This document shows positions 46,441 through 55,246 of a DNA stretch of 55,423 nucleotides, one piece after another. The first letter of the stretch is position 1. Every line of letters starts with the position of its first letter. The DNA is from a virus. Lineage: Duplodnaviria > Caudoviricetes. A program made the position numbers and the translations under genes. The notes beneath the pieces were generated by a model that saw only the letters and a list, made by a program, of their open reading frames with translations, made no database searches and was not told where the DNA came from. The stretch covers positions 1 to 55,423 of the IMG/VR virus record IMGVR_UViG_3300048630_000485; one strand, written 5' to 3'.

Positions 46441-46979
46441 GCGTTCAGCTACGCCCAGACGAGGCGCTAGAGGCGCTGCAAGCCGTGGATGCGGAAAGCG
46501 CGGCGCGGTGGGAGGCGCTCTTGTGCGCCGCCACGAGCGCAATCGGCGCGGAGCTGGCCCGGCATCACGATTGCATAGCAGGCGAGGCGACCATGCAGGC
46601 GGGCTTCGGCGGGCTTTGCGTGCCGATGAATCCGGCCCGGCCCGGCCAGCCGTTCCCGGATGATTGGGAGCACCTTGACGACGGCGGGCGCGCCGAATGG
46701 GAGGCCGAGGCCGAGCGGCTCGAACGCGAAGCCGAGGAAGGCCCGGCAAAGCATGACGGCACGGTCAACGGCTGGCGGCTTGTCCTGCAATCCGGGCGCG
46801 CCTGCTATTGGTTCAAGGCGGGCGTTTATGTCGCGCTCCGCCCAGGCCAGGAACCGAGCGACGGCATGGGCGGCTGGACGCGCCTGGACTCGCTGATGAA
46901 AGCCAAGGGCGAGGCCGCCGATTTCATCGCCCTGCAATGCAACGCTAATGGCCACCTCAAAGGCCATGGCGAAGCCTGA
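46437..46979 (+). CDS. Hypothetical protein, 180 aa
   Basis: GTGA coupling. Confidence 0.7.
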   Translation: MSVQLRPDEALEALQAVDAESAARWEALLCAATSAIGAELARHHDCIAGEATMQAGFGGLCVPMNPARPGQPFPDDWEHLDDGGRAEWEAEAERLEREAEEGPAKHDGTVNGWRLVLQSGRACYWFKAGVYVALRPGQEPSDGMGGWTRLDSLMKAKGEAADFIALQCNANGHLKGHGEA

Positions 46980-47021
46980 CACCTCCACCCCCGATTGATC
47001 GAAACGAAAGGAAACGACACC

Positions 47022-47603
47022 ATGACGACACAGACAGCACTATTCCGCACCGGCCATGGCTATGAGCGAAGCGAGGAAGGCCCCTGCAACGCCTTCGACG
47101 GTCTCGAAATTGTGGCCAACCCCCTTGGCGGGTTTAGCGCGGCGGAGCGGGAGCGGCGCGGGTTCGATCGGGCCGACGGCTCGCCCGGAGTGACCTACGG
47201 CTCGCACGCGCTCTATCTCTTGCGAAGCGCTGGCGATGCGCACCCGGCCCGGCGGGAGTATTTCGTGGCGGTCCATAACGGATCGGGGCGGCAAGTCTGG
47301 CGGCTCCCGGCCTGTTACGGCACGCTTGCCGAGACGGTCGACGCGCTGGCGGCCATGCCGGAGCGGGCGCTTTATTCGCTCCTCTGGGGCATTGTCGAGG
47401 CGCTGGATAACACCCGGCGCGCGGCGCGTGACGACACCCGGGCAGAATGGATCAGGGCGACGGTGCAAAAGCGCGTGAAGGTATCGCGCCAGCCGTCAAA
47501 GGGCCGCGCCTTTGCGTGGATCGAGCCGGAGCGGCGCGAGGGCGAGACCGAGGAGCAGCACAAGGTCCGTTGCATATTCGCGAAGCCGCCGGGCGTGAAA
47601 TAG
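47022..47603 (+). CDS. Hypothetical protein, 193 aa
   Basis: CCCGATTGATCGAAACGAAAGGA leader (46990-47012). Confidence 0.8.
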   Translation: MTTQTALFRTGHGYERSEEGPCNAFDGLEIVANPLGGFSAAERERRGFDRADGSPGVTYGSHALYLLRSAGDAHPARREYFVAVHNGSGRQVWRLPACYGTLAETVDALAAMPERALYSLLWGIVEALDNTRRAARDDTRAEWIRATVQKRVKVSRQPSKGRAFAWIEPERREGETEEQHKVRCIFAKPPGVK

Positions 47604-47615
47604 CGTGCAACTGGG

Positions 47616-47696
47616 TTGCGCACATAGCGCGCCCCGCTTATATGGCCAGAGCGGGCAAGGCCAGAATGCCCGCGCAGATTGATCGAAACGAAAGGA
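47616..47696 (+). promoter_or_regulatory. Candidate early promoter 2 with GGCCAG-loop hairpin and shared leader
   Basis: TTGCGC-N17-TATATG; GCGGGCA-AGGCCAGAA-TGCCCGC; GATTGATCGAAACGAAAGGA. Confidence 0.65.
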
Positions 47697-47704
47697 TTTA
47701 CCCC

Positions 47705-48421
47705 ATGCTTATGCAATTCGACGCCGCCACCCGAGTCGGGGCCGTCGCCCTCGCCGCCCTTCGCATGTTTCAAGAAAGCGCCTATGAGGCGCGCCAGCCC
47801 TATGCCGATATTCTCGACGCGGGCGGCCTGCACAAAAAGGCCCTTTCCAATACCGCATCAGCCGTGGACGCGATCTGCGAAGCGTTCGCCCATAGCGGCG
47901 CGCTGGTGATCGACACCGAGGCGGCGGCCAAGGGCACCCGGGCGCTTTATCCCGACGAAACCGCGGGCGGCCAGCCGGTCCCCGGCCCCTCGCCGCGCGA
48001 GACGGCCATGCTCGCCGCTATCAATGAGCTTCTTTGCAATCGTGACCACCTAGAGCTGCATCGCGATGATCGCGCCATGCTGGCCGAGGCCGCCGGGATC
48101 GAGGACCCGCAGGCCAAGGCCTGGCGCGTCAGGCTGACCGCCGAGGGCATCGATGTAACGGCGCATGACGAGGAGGCCGCGCGCCGCCACGCTCTGGCCG
48201 ACGCGCGCGAATTCATGGCGCAAAACACCGTCACGCTAGGCGATATCGAGCCGGGCGACGCGAGTGACGCAGAGGACGACGTAGGAATCGAGGTCGAATG
48301 TATGCGGGGCGATCACACCGATTTCACGTTTGCCGCGACCTATACCGTGACCGTGCTTTGCCCCGAGGAGGAGGCCGAGGAAGCCGCCCGCGAGATCCTC
48401 GCGGAAGGAGGGGAATTCTGA
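47705..48421 (+). CDS. Hypothetical acidic protein, 238 aa
   Basis: ATG after shared leader. Confidence 0.75.
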   Translation: MLMQFDAATRVGAVALAALRMFQESAYEARQPYADILDAGGLHKKALSNTASAVDAICEAFAHSGALVIDTEAAAKGTRALYPDETAGGQPVPGPSPRETAMLAAINELLCNRDHLELHRDDRAMLAEAAGIEDPQAKAWRVRLTAEGIDVTAHDEEAARRHALADAREFMAQNTVTLGDIEPGDASDAEDDVGIEVECMRGDHTDFTFAATYTVTVLCPEEEAEEAAREILAEGGEF

Positions 48422-48741
48422 TGGCCAGTTTCCTTTTCGATTTCACCCTCAACGCCACGGCCCGGGTGGAGGCTGACACCGAGGAGCAGGCCCGCGCCGC
48501 GATCATGGCGGAGCTGGAATGCTATGGGCCAGTGGCGACGATTACGGCGCGCGACGGCACCATGCTCGAGCTTTCCGAGATTTCACCCGCGAAAGGCCCC
48601 GAGGCGCTGGAGCTTGTCGAGGTCGACGGCGAGGTCCCGGAGCCTGCGCGCACCTTTGCCCACCACCCCGAGGCCTGCCCTTCCAAGCACTGGAACGGCG
48701 GCGACGATATCTGCGCCGATTGCGGAGCGGATCTGAATTGA
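48421..48741 (+). CDS. Hypothetical protein with C-terminal Cys/His cluster, 106 aa
   Basis: TGATG coupling; CPSKHW...ICADC. Confidence 0.75.
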   Translation: MASFLFDFTLNATARVEADTEEQARAAIMAELECYGPVATITARDGTMLELSEISPAKGPEALELVEVDGEVPEPARTFAHHPEACPSKHWNGGDDICADCGADLN

Positions 48742-48844
48742 AGGCGCGCGGGCTTCGGCCCGCCGCCCCCGCAAGGGCTTGGCCAGCCGGTCGAGCCTTT
48801 CCGGGGGCGCTATTGCCCCGAACGATTGAAAGGAAACGATTACC
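48742..48844 (+). repeat. Structured intergenic element, copy G
   Basis: P1 GCGGGC-TTCG-GCCCGC; P2 CCCCGCAAGGGCT-TGGCCAGCCGGTCG-AGCCTTTCCGGGG; P3 GGGGCG-CTAT-TGCCCC; CGATTGAAAGGA. Confidence 0.85.
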
Positions 48845-50608
48845 ATGATGAACACCACCACCGCCGCCCTTCGCGCCGCTGTAACCGCCCTGACCCTTGG
48901 CACCGCTGGCCGTGCCGCCATTGTCCACCCGCGCAGCACTATCCCCTTGCTGCAATGCGTCTTGCTCTGCGCGTCGGACGCGGGCGCGCCTGTCATCGAA
49001 GGGTGCAGCCTTGACCTTTCCGCTTCCACCACCCTGCCCGGCACCGCGTCGCGCGGCTTCCGCGTCGCTGTCGACGGTCGCGCGCTCAAGGCCGCTGTCG
49101 CCAAGCTCAAGGCCAAGGAGGTCGAGCTGACCGATCTGGGCGGCTCGATCACGTTGCGCAGCGCGGACGGCACCGGCCCCACGGTCAAGCTCGCCACGAA
49201 TAGCGAGGCGCACGATTACCCGCGCGTTTCGCCCACCGCCCCGGCAGGCGTCGCGCTGTCGTTCCCGGTCGAGCAATTCGCAACCGATCTGGGCCGCCTG
49301 ATGACGGCTATGTCGAAAGAGGAAACCCGGTATTACCTCAACGGCGTATTCATGCACCGCACCGGCGACGGGCAGCTGGCCATGGCCACGACCGACGGCC
49401 ACCGCCTTGTGAGGGTCTCGCGCCCCGCGCCTGCCGGAACCGAGACGGTTGCGGACACGATCATTCCCGCCGAGGCCGTGGCGCTCTTGTCGCGCGTCAC
49501 GAAAAAGGGCGAGGGGGACGTGGCGCTCACATTCCACGGCGTGCGCCTGGCCATCGAAGCGAACGGCTGGCGCATCGTCACAAAGACTGTGGATGGCACG
49601 TTCCCGGATTACACCCGCGTGATCCCTTGCCACAATGAGCACCGCGTCACGGTCGACACCGCCGCGCTGGCGCAGGACGTGGAAGCGCTGACCGCGCACC
49701 AGACCGGCAGGCACCGCAATTTCACGCTTTCGGCTGGCGACGGCTGGGCCACGGGCTGGGCCGTCGACGTGGATGCAGGGAGCGCCGGGGCCGTGCTCGA
49801 GAGTGCCGAAGGCACCACCACCGGGGCCGAGACGTTCGCGAGCTTCAACGCGGCCTATTTCACCGCGTCGCTCGGCCTGGTCAAAGGCAAGGCCACGATT
49901 GCCATGCAGGATTACGGCGCGCCGGTGCGGTTCGAGTATGTCGACGCCCCGGAGCTGACCGCCGTGCTTATGCCGATGCGCAACGCTGATCGCGCTTACA
50001 CCCGGGACGACGTGGCGCGCCTCAATATGACGGCGGTGGAACGGTTCGAGGATCGCGCCCCCGGCCTGGTGGGCGTCGAGCTGGCTTCGATGCGCGCGGA
50101 TCTGCGCCGTCTCACCGTCGCAGCGATCGAGGAAAAGGCACGCGACGCGGTGCGCGACGGGGCCGATGCGGTCGAGGCACGGCGCGGGGCTCGGCTGGCC
50201 ATCCTCGCCCGGCTCGAAGCTATGGCAGGCGAGCCGGGCCGGGCCACGGCGCAGCTCGAGCACCAGCCGCGCGGCGAATTCGCGGGCAATTTCGCAGGCT
50301 GGGCCGCGTGGTGCGACGATATGACCCGCTTCTGGCGCTTCCATGCCAGCGAAGCGCGCGCCGCTGTCATGGAAGCCGCCGCCCCTGTCATGGATGGCAA
50401 CGCCGCTATCATGGAAGCCATGCAACGCCGTGAGCGCCGCCTGCGCATGGTGCTCGAGGGCCGCAAGGCGCAGCTCGCCGCCGTGGGCCAGGCTCTCGCC
50501 CGGTCGCAGGATCGAAACGCCGTGCTGCAGCGCCGCGTAGCCAGCGCGGGCAGCTCCTCGCTCGCCGCCGCTATCGCCGACACCCTCGCCTTGCAGAACG
50601 CGGCCTGA
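48845..50608 (+). CDS. dnaN: DNA polymerase III beta-clamp homolog with C-terminal helical extension, 587 aa
   Basis: IPLLQCVLL, EETRYYLNGVF, ATTDGHRL, DGTFPDYTRVIP, VLMPMR. Confidence 0.85.
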   Translation: MMNTTTAALRAAVTALTLGTAGRAAIVHPRSTIPLLQCVLLCASDAGAPVIEGCSLDLSASTTLPGTASRGFRVAVDGRALKAAVAKLKAKEVELTDLGGSITLRSADGTGPTVKLATNSEAHDYPRVSPTAPAGVALSFPVEQFATDLGRLMTAMSKEETRYYLNGVFMHRTGDGQLAMATTDGHRLVRVSRPAPAGTETVADTIIPAEAVALLSRVTKKGEGDVALTFHGVRLAIEANGWRIVTKTVDGTFPDYTRVIPCHNEHRVTVDTAALAQDVEALTAHQTGRHRNFTLSAGDGWATGWAVDVDAGSAGAVLESAEGTTTGAETFASFNAAYFTASLGLVKGKATIAMQDYGAPVRFEYVDAPELTAVLMPMRNADRAYTRDDVARLNMTAVERFEDRAPGLVGVELASMRADLRRLTVAAIEEKARDAVRDGADAVEARRGARLAILARLEAMAGEPGRATAQLEHQPRGEFAGNFAGWAAWCDDMTRFWRFHASEARAAVMEAAAPVMDGNAAIMEAMQRRERRLRMVLEGRKAQLAAVGQALARSQDRNAVLQRRVASAGSSSLAAAIADTLALQNAA

Positions 50609-50660
50609 CCCCATCCCCCGGGGCGGCACAGTGTCGCCCCGGGCCAACATAGGAAACGAC

Positions 50661-50984
50661 ATGCTCCCGCACATTTTCCCACCGCTCGAATGCCTGCCCG
50701 AAGATCGCGCTACGCTCGCAAAGTCGATGATCGACAAAGGCATTGAAACCAGCGCGGCACACGAAACCGCTGACCTTGCGCTTCACGCTGCGACCGAGGC
50801 CATGAAAACGCTCGAAACTGTCGCGGCGCGTGGGTCGGACTGCGGCGTCCAATTTCAAGCCGTCGATATCGCCATGCAAATCCTACGGGCCGACCTTCAC
50901 CGGAAGGATGAAATGCTGCGCAAGGCGGCCCGCAATTTCGGGTTTTCACCGATTGAAGCCAACCTCACTCTGAAAGGCGATTAA
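50661..50984 (+). CDS. Hypothetical protein, 107 aa
   Basis: AGGA RBS after hairpin CCCGGGGCG..CGCCCCGGG. Confidence 0.7.
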   Translation: MLPHIFPPLECLPEDRATLAKSMIDKGIETSAAHETADLALHAATEAMKTLETVAARGSDCGVQFQAVDIAMQILRADLHRKDEMLRKAARNFGFSPIEANLTLKGD

Positions 50985-50985
50985 C

Positions 50986-51531
50986 ATGACCACCACCCCC
51001 GACCTCACCAATGCCCGGCGCATCGCGTTCGCCGATACCTCCCACCTTGGCCGCCCCCGGTGGACCGAGCTGGCTGTGCATCACGTCCCGCAGGCCAGCG
51101 ACGGCAAGTGCTGGGTGGCCGAGAATGTGGGACGCTCGAGCGTCGCGGGCGAAGAGACGCGCCGCGTGTTCCTCGCCACGTTCGGGCTCGAACGCGCGCT
51201 CGAGCTCTTCGATGATTCCGCTATCGGGATCGCGGTCAAAGCCCAGGCGCGGGATTACGCCGAGACGCAGCTCGGGGCCCATGGCCACCCTGCCAGCCGT
51301 GAGCGTGCCGCTGTGCCGGGCGAGGCGCTCGAGAGCGACCAAGAGGCGCTGCGCTGGCTCTTCCCCTCCGAAATGCCGCGCTCCCACATGGCGCGGGCTC
51401 TGGGGATCGGTGAGAGCACGTTGCGTAAGCAGCTCGGCGGGACCGGCGTTCGCGTCGGGCTGCGCCACCTCCTGCCGTTCGTGGATCGCGACGCCTTTCT
51501 CGCCAGCGTGACGGAACAGGCCGATGCTTAA
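50986..51531 (+). CDS. Protein with C-terminal HTH, 181 aa
   Basis: RSHMARALGIGESTLRKQL. Confidence 0.7.
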   Translation: MTTTPDLTNARRIAFADTSHLGRPRWTELAVHHVPQASDGKCWVAENVGRSSVAGEETRRVFLATFGLERALELFDDSAIGIAVKAQARDYAETQLGAHGHPASRERAAVPGEALESDQEALRWLFPSEMPRSHMARALGIGESTLRKQLGGTGVRVGLRHLLPFVDRDAFLASVTEQADA

Positions 51532-51793
51532 ACTATCGGAACGCCAGCGCGGCAAGCTCCTGGTGATCGAGGGCGACATGGCGGGTGCGGTGTCGCGCAA
51601 CGGCGCGGCGGCGAAGCGCGGCAAGTTTCGTCGCGAACCGGTCGGGCACGTCGCTGCACCGGAGCGCACGCTCTATGCCTTGGAACGGCGCGGCCTTGTC
51701 GCAAAGGCACCTCTGCCGGATAGCGCCACGGCTCTGCTGTGGACCCTCACTCCGGAAGGAAAGGAATCTCTCGATGCCAACCGCGAACAATGA
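51524..51793 (+). CDS. Small winged-helix-like protein, 89 aa
   Basis: TLYALERRGLV..WTLTPEG. Confidence 0.65.
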   Translation: MLKLSERQRGKLLVIEGDMAGAVSRNGAAAKRGKFRREPVGHVAAPERTLYALERRGLVAKAPLPDSATALLWTLTPEGKESLDANREQ

Positions 51794-52220
51794 ACCGCCG
51801 TGGCGCGCAGCGCGGAACAAGGCCAAGCCGCACGAATGGCTGGTCGAGCGCACCGTGTTCGATGCCGACGGGAAACCGATGCGCGAGGTCGCGCGCCACA
51901 CCAGAGAGAACGGCGAGGCCCAGCCGCACACGTTCTGCAGCGAGGATGACGCCTGGGCCATGTGCGACCAGCTCAACCCCCGCCCCGGTGAGACGCACAC
52001 ACGCCCGCTGACCATGACCGAGCTGCATTGGCTTCGCCGCGTGGGCCAAGCTCCGGAGGGCACCATGCAGCCCGAAACCACCACCGCCCTGCTCTCGCTC
52101 GAGGCGCGCGGGCTGGTTTACTCACGCGCCGAGCATGACCGGCCCGGCTTCGACCGGTGGACCCTTACCGACGCGGGGAAGCAACACCTCGCCGATCGCG
52201 AAACGAAACGAAAGGATTGA
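51774..52220 (+). CDS. Hypothetical protein with winged-helix-like C-terminus, 148 aa
   Basis: ALLSLEARGLV..WTLTDAG, similar to preceding gene. Confidence 0.65.
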   Translation: MPTANNEPPWRAARNKAKPHEWLVERTVFDADGKPMREVARHTRENGEAQPHTFCSEDDAWAMCDQLNPRPGETHTRPLTMTELHWLRRVGQAPEGTMQPETTTALLSLEARGLVYSRAEHDRPGFDRWTLTDAGKQHLADRETKRKD

Positions 52221-53192
52221 ATGATGGGATTTGACTTTGGATATATCGCCCGCCGGGTGTGCGACGCTCTCGCCGGCACCCTGCCCCCGCCCCAGCCCGT
52301 GCGGCTGATCGATGGCGGCCCGAATGCGCCGGAGCTGGCGCAACGCCCCAAGGATATCGACCGGACCGCAGGCCTGCCAGCCGATCAAGGCCCGTGGGAC
52401 GCAGAAGTGAAGATCGACGGCATTCGATGCCTGTTCGCCGACAATCTGCTTTTCACGCTGCAAGGCCAGCCGATGAATTGCGCCAGGCATTGCGTCGAGG
52501 GGCTGATGCAGCTCGAGCGGCGCTATGGCGAGCCGATGTTCTTCGATGGCGAGTATGTCGAGGAGGAGGGGTTCGAGGCGACCAACACGGCCTTCAAGAA
52601 GGGCGAAGGCATGGGTGTGCTCTGGCTGTTCGATGCGATGCCGCTGCGGGAATGGAAGGCCAACGCCTGCACGACGCCCCGCTGGCAGCGCAAGGCCGCG
52701 CTGATCGAAAACGTGCAGGCGGTGGGGTCGCGCTGGGTCGGCGCGCTCGATGACTTCCCGATCGATAGCGTCGCGGATCTGCACACCCTGTTCATGCGCA
52801 TTCAGGCGCACGGCCACGAGGGGCTTGTCTGCAAGCGCCAGGACTCGATCTACGACCGGGCGCGCAATGGCGATTGGCTGCGCATGAAACCAGACGACAC
52901 CACCGACATGCTTCTGGTGGATATCGAGGGCACCGACAAGGGCGGCGCGAAGCGGCTGGTGCTGCGCGATCCCTCCGGCCCGGTGATCCTGACCACGGGC
53001 TTCGCGTCGGTGCGGCATGTGCTCTGGGTCAATCGCGATCTGTTTCTGGGTCAGGACGACCAGGGCGGCGTGATGGTCGAGGTGCGCCACAATGGCCGCA
53101 CGGCGAAGGGCAAGCCGCGTCACGCGCGTTTCTCGAAGCTCCGGGAGGACAAGGCCGCGCCGGGCGCCTTCGAGCAGGAGCGCAGCGCGTGA
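52221..53192 (+). CDS. ATP-dependent DNA ligase, 323 aa
   Basis: Motif I EVKIDGIR, FDGE, LFD, EGLVCK, WLRMK, PRHARF..LREDK. Confidence 0.9.
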   Translation: MMGFDFGYIARRVCDALAGTLPPPQPVRLIDGGPNAPELAQRPKDIDRTAGLPADQGPWDAEVKIDGIRCLFADNLLFTLQGQPMNCARHCVEGLMQLERRYGEPMFFDGEYVEEEGFEATNTAFKKGEGMGVLWLFDAMPLREWKANACTTPRWQRKAALIENVQAVGSRWVGALDDFPIDSVADLHTLFMRIQAHGHEGLVCKRQDSIYDRARNGDWLRMKPDDTTDMLLVDIEGTDKGGAKRLVLRDPSGPVILTTGFASVRHVLWVNRDLFLGQDDQGGVMVEVRHNGRTAKGKPRHARFSKLREDKAAPGAFEQERSA

Positions 53193-53344
53193 GCCGCTCG
53201 AAGGCGTCGCGAGCCGGATCGCTGATCGCTACGGCCTGGGCGACGTGGGCCGTCGGGCTGATCCTGACCCTGGGCGTGCTTGTGTTCGGCCTCGATGCGC
53301 TGATCTGGTGCCTCGAGGCGCTGCAACCGCTCTCCAATATGTGA
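53189..53344 (+). CDS. Small membrane protein, 51 aa
   Basis: GTGA coupling; long hydrophobic stretch. Confidence 0.55.
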   Translation: MSRSKASRAGSLIATAWATWAVGLILTLGVLVFGLDALIWCLEALQPLSNM

Positions 53345-53361
53345 AACGAAAGGCCATAACC

Positions 53362-54381
53362 ATGACAGACAACACCAAATACGAAGTGACGCAGGCGGAT
53401 ATTGAAACCGCTGCTGTTCGCTGGTGCGGCGATAAAGAGCGCGAGACGTTCCCGGAGGACATAGACTACTTCAAGCAGAACTGGCGCGCCCTTCCCGGAT
53501 TGCGAAAATATGTCGAGGAAGCCGCCCGCCACCGCCTCACCAGCCAACCCGCAAGGAGCGATCAGGAACCGGTTGCGTTCCCGCTTATGAACGCGGCATT
53601 TCGGACGACGCAGGCTGGCCCCAGCGGCTACACGATGACGTTCAAATTCCCGGACATTGATGCACTTCACGCCGCCGACGACGAATGGAGAGCAGCGCGC
53701 GATGCTTCCACCCCCACCGCTCCCCAGCCCGACCGAGAGAGTGTGCTGCCCGATCACGCGAAGCGATACCTCGCCTATATGTGCGCCTACTTTCGCGGCT
53801 ACGTGAACCAAGGCGGCGTCAGTCTGCAAAGCGAAGCCGCGAACGACAGCATCGCGGAAATCATGGAACTGCTGCCCGACGAATATCACGACGCGGATTA
53901 TCACATTCCGGCGTTCGGGGCAGACGAAGGGCCGTGGCGCTGCTTCCACTGCAATGCGCTATTCGAGGATCGCGAGGCCGCGCATTTCCATTTTGGTGAA
54001 AGCGAGGACGAAATTGCCGCGTGCTTGTTGGAGCGAGGGATCACCCACCCCACCACCGATACGCAGAGCGATGCGGTGCGGGAGGCTGTGCTTGCCGAGC
54101 GAGAGCGGTGCGCGAAGATCGCAGAGAATCGCATCGCGAATGCACCCGACGACAGTCGGCAGTCCGACGCGCAGGGAAGCACAACGCCGACCGACGATTG
54201 GCGCTACGGCTATCGCTGCGGGATTGAAGGTCGCACGCCGATTGTCATGAACATGCCGGAGAGCGCGAGGCAGGATATTCGCGACGGTCACGGTGCCGCC
54301 CTGGTCGACCTCGCAGACGCCAACCCGACGAAGCCCTGCCCGAAGCACGGCAATGTCGCCTGCTCGGAGTGCCACGTATGA
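53362..54381 (+). CDS. Mosaic hypothetical protein with zinc-finger-like motifs, 339 aa
   Basis: GAAAGG RBS; WRCFHCNALFEDREAAHFHFG and CPKH..CSEC. Confidence 0.7.
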   Translation: MTDNTKYEVTQADIETAAVRWCGDKERETFPEDIDYFKQNWRALPGLRKYVEEAARHRLTSQPARSDQEPVAFPLMNAAFRTTQAGPSGYTMTFKFPDIDALHAADDEWRAARDASTPTAPQPDRESVLPDHAKRYLAYMCAYFRGYVNQGGVSLQSEAANDSIAEIMELLPDEYHDADYHIPAFGADEGPWRCFHCNALFEDREAAHFHFGESEDEIAACLLERGITHPTTDTQSDAVREAVLAERERCAKIAENRIANAPDDSRQSDAQGSTTPTDDWRYGYRCGIEGRTPIVMNMPESARQDIRDGHGAALVDLADANPTKPCPKHGNVACSECHV

Positions 54382-54731
54382 GCCGCGATATCGTCAACAT
54401 TCCGGCGCGGCGCTTCGGCAAAACTGCGCTGTATTCCTACCCCATGCTCCCCGATCTCGGCACCAAGCGACGGCGCACGATCGCGCGGCTGTGGAACGCC
54501 ACAGATCCACGCAAGCGCAAGCGGGCGCGCCGACTGATGCGGATCGAAAGTAAAGAGCGCAGGCACCAATTCATCGTCGCTGCGCAGAGCATGGCAGAAG
54601 CCATCCAGCGCTTCGGCGTGCAGGCCCGATCGCTTGAGCGATCGATGGAGGAGTTTCGCGCGGTTATGAACCGGCGGATTGCCAAGACCTACCAAGTCCC
54701 GCGTTACTTGCTCGAAGGTCAGCCGAAATGA
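54378..54731 (+). CDS. Hypothetical basic protein, 117 aa
   Basis: ATGA coupling at both ends. Confidence 0.65.
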   Translation: MSRDIVNIPARRFGKTALYSYPMLPDLGTKRRRTIARLWNATDPRKRKRARRLMRIESKERRHQFIVAAQSMAEAIQRFGVQARSLERSMEEFRAVMNRRIAKTYQVPRYLLEGQPK

Positions 54732-55018
54732 TGCACTGCCAATGCTGCGGGCGGGCGCGAGGCGTAAAGGCCGATGGCACCGTTCCCATGCACCATTACC
54801 GCAATGCCCCGTGCGAGGGCGCTGGCTTCCCGCCGATCGAGCAGGACGACGCGCGCCTAGCCGAGCTGGTCGAGGCGAGCGTGGAAACGGCGGCCGAGCA
54901 CAAGCGCCTGAAACGGCGCTTGCAGCGGCATCGCAGCTGGCCCGAACGGTTCCGTCGCGAAATGGAGCGAGACGGATACGGCCAGCCCCCGCCCGAATAT
55001 CTCTGGTCGCGCAAATGA
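54728..55018 (+). CDS. Hypothetical protein with Cys/His motif, 96 aa
   Basis: CQCCGR..HH..CEG. Confidence 0.7.
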   Translation: MMHCQCCGRARGVKADGTVPMHHYRNAPCEGAGFPPIEQDDARLAELVEASVETAAEHKRLKRRLQRHRSWPERFRREMERDGYGQPPPEYLWSRK

Positions 55019-55215
55019 CTTGGCGGGCGCCCACACCGAAGCGCGAGGAGCCGTTCGAGCCATGGAAGCCGGAGTTCTGCGAGCACCCGGGATGCGATGC
55101 GCGTCACCCACCCTACAGTCGAAATGGTAGGGGCGGCCCCTGGCTATGCCCCGATCACTATCACGCCGCGGAACGCGCGACACAGGAGCGGTCCCAGCCG
55201 CCCCGCCTCCTGTAA
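55015..55215 (+). CDS. Small zinc-finger-like protein, 66 aa
   Basis: ATGA coupling; CEHPGC..WLCPDH. Confidence 0.65.
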   Translation: MTWRAPTPKREEPFEPWKPEFCEHPGCDARHPPYSRNGRGGPWLCPDHYHAAERATQERSQPPRLL

Positions 55216-55246
55216 ATTGAAACGGCATATCGAAGGAGAAAGACTG

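Noticed and set aside
41798-48844. Repeated hairpins as a CRISPR array or canonical integron attC array
   Set aside because: Spacing is gene-sized and irregular, repeats are not identical, RYYYAAC/GTTRRRY ends are not matched, and no cas or tyrosine integrase gene is in the window
40300-52000. GCCAGC as a strand-polarised Chi-like motif
   Set aside because: The reverse complement GCTGGC is about as frequent on the same strand by eye; only the longer loop motif stands out
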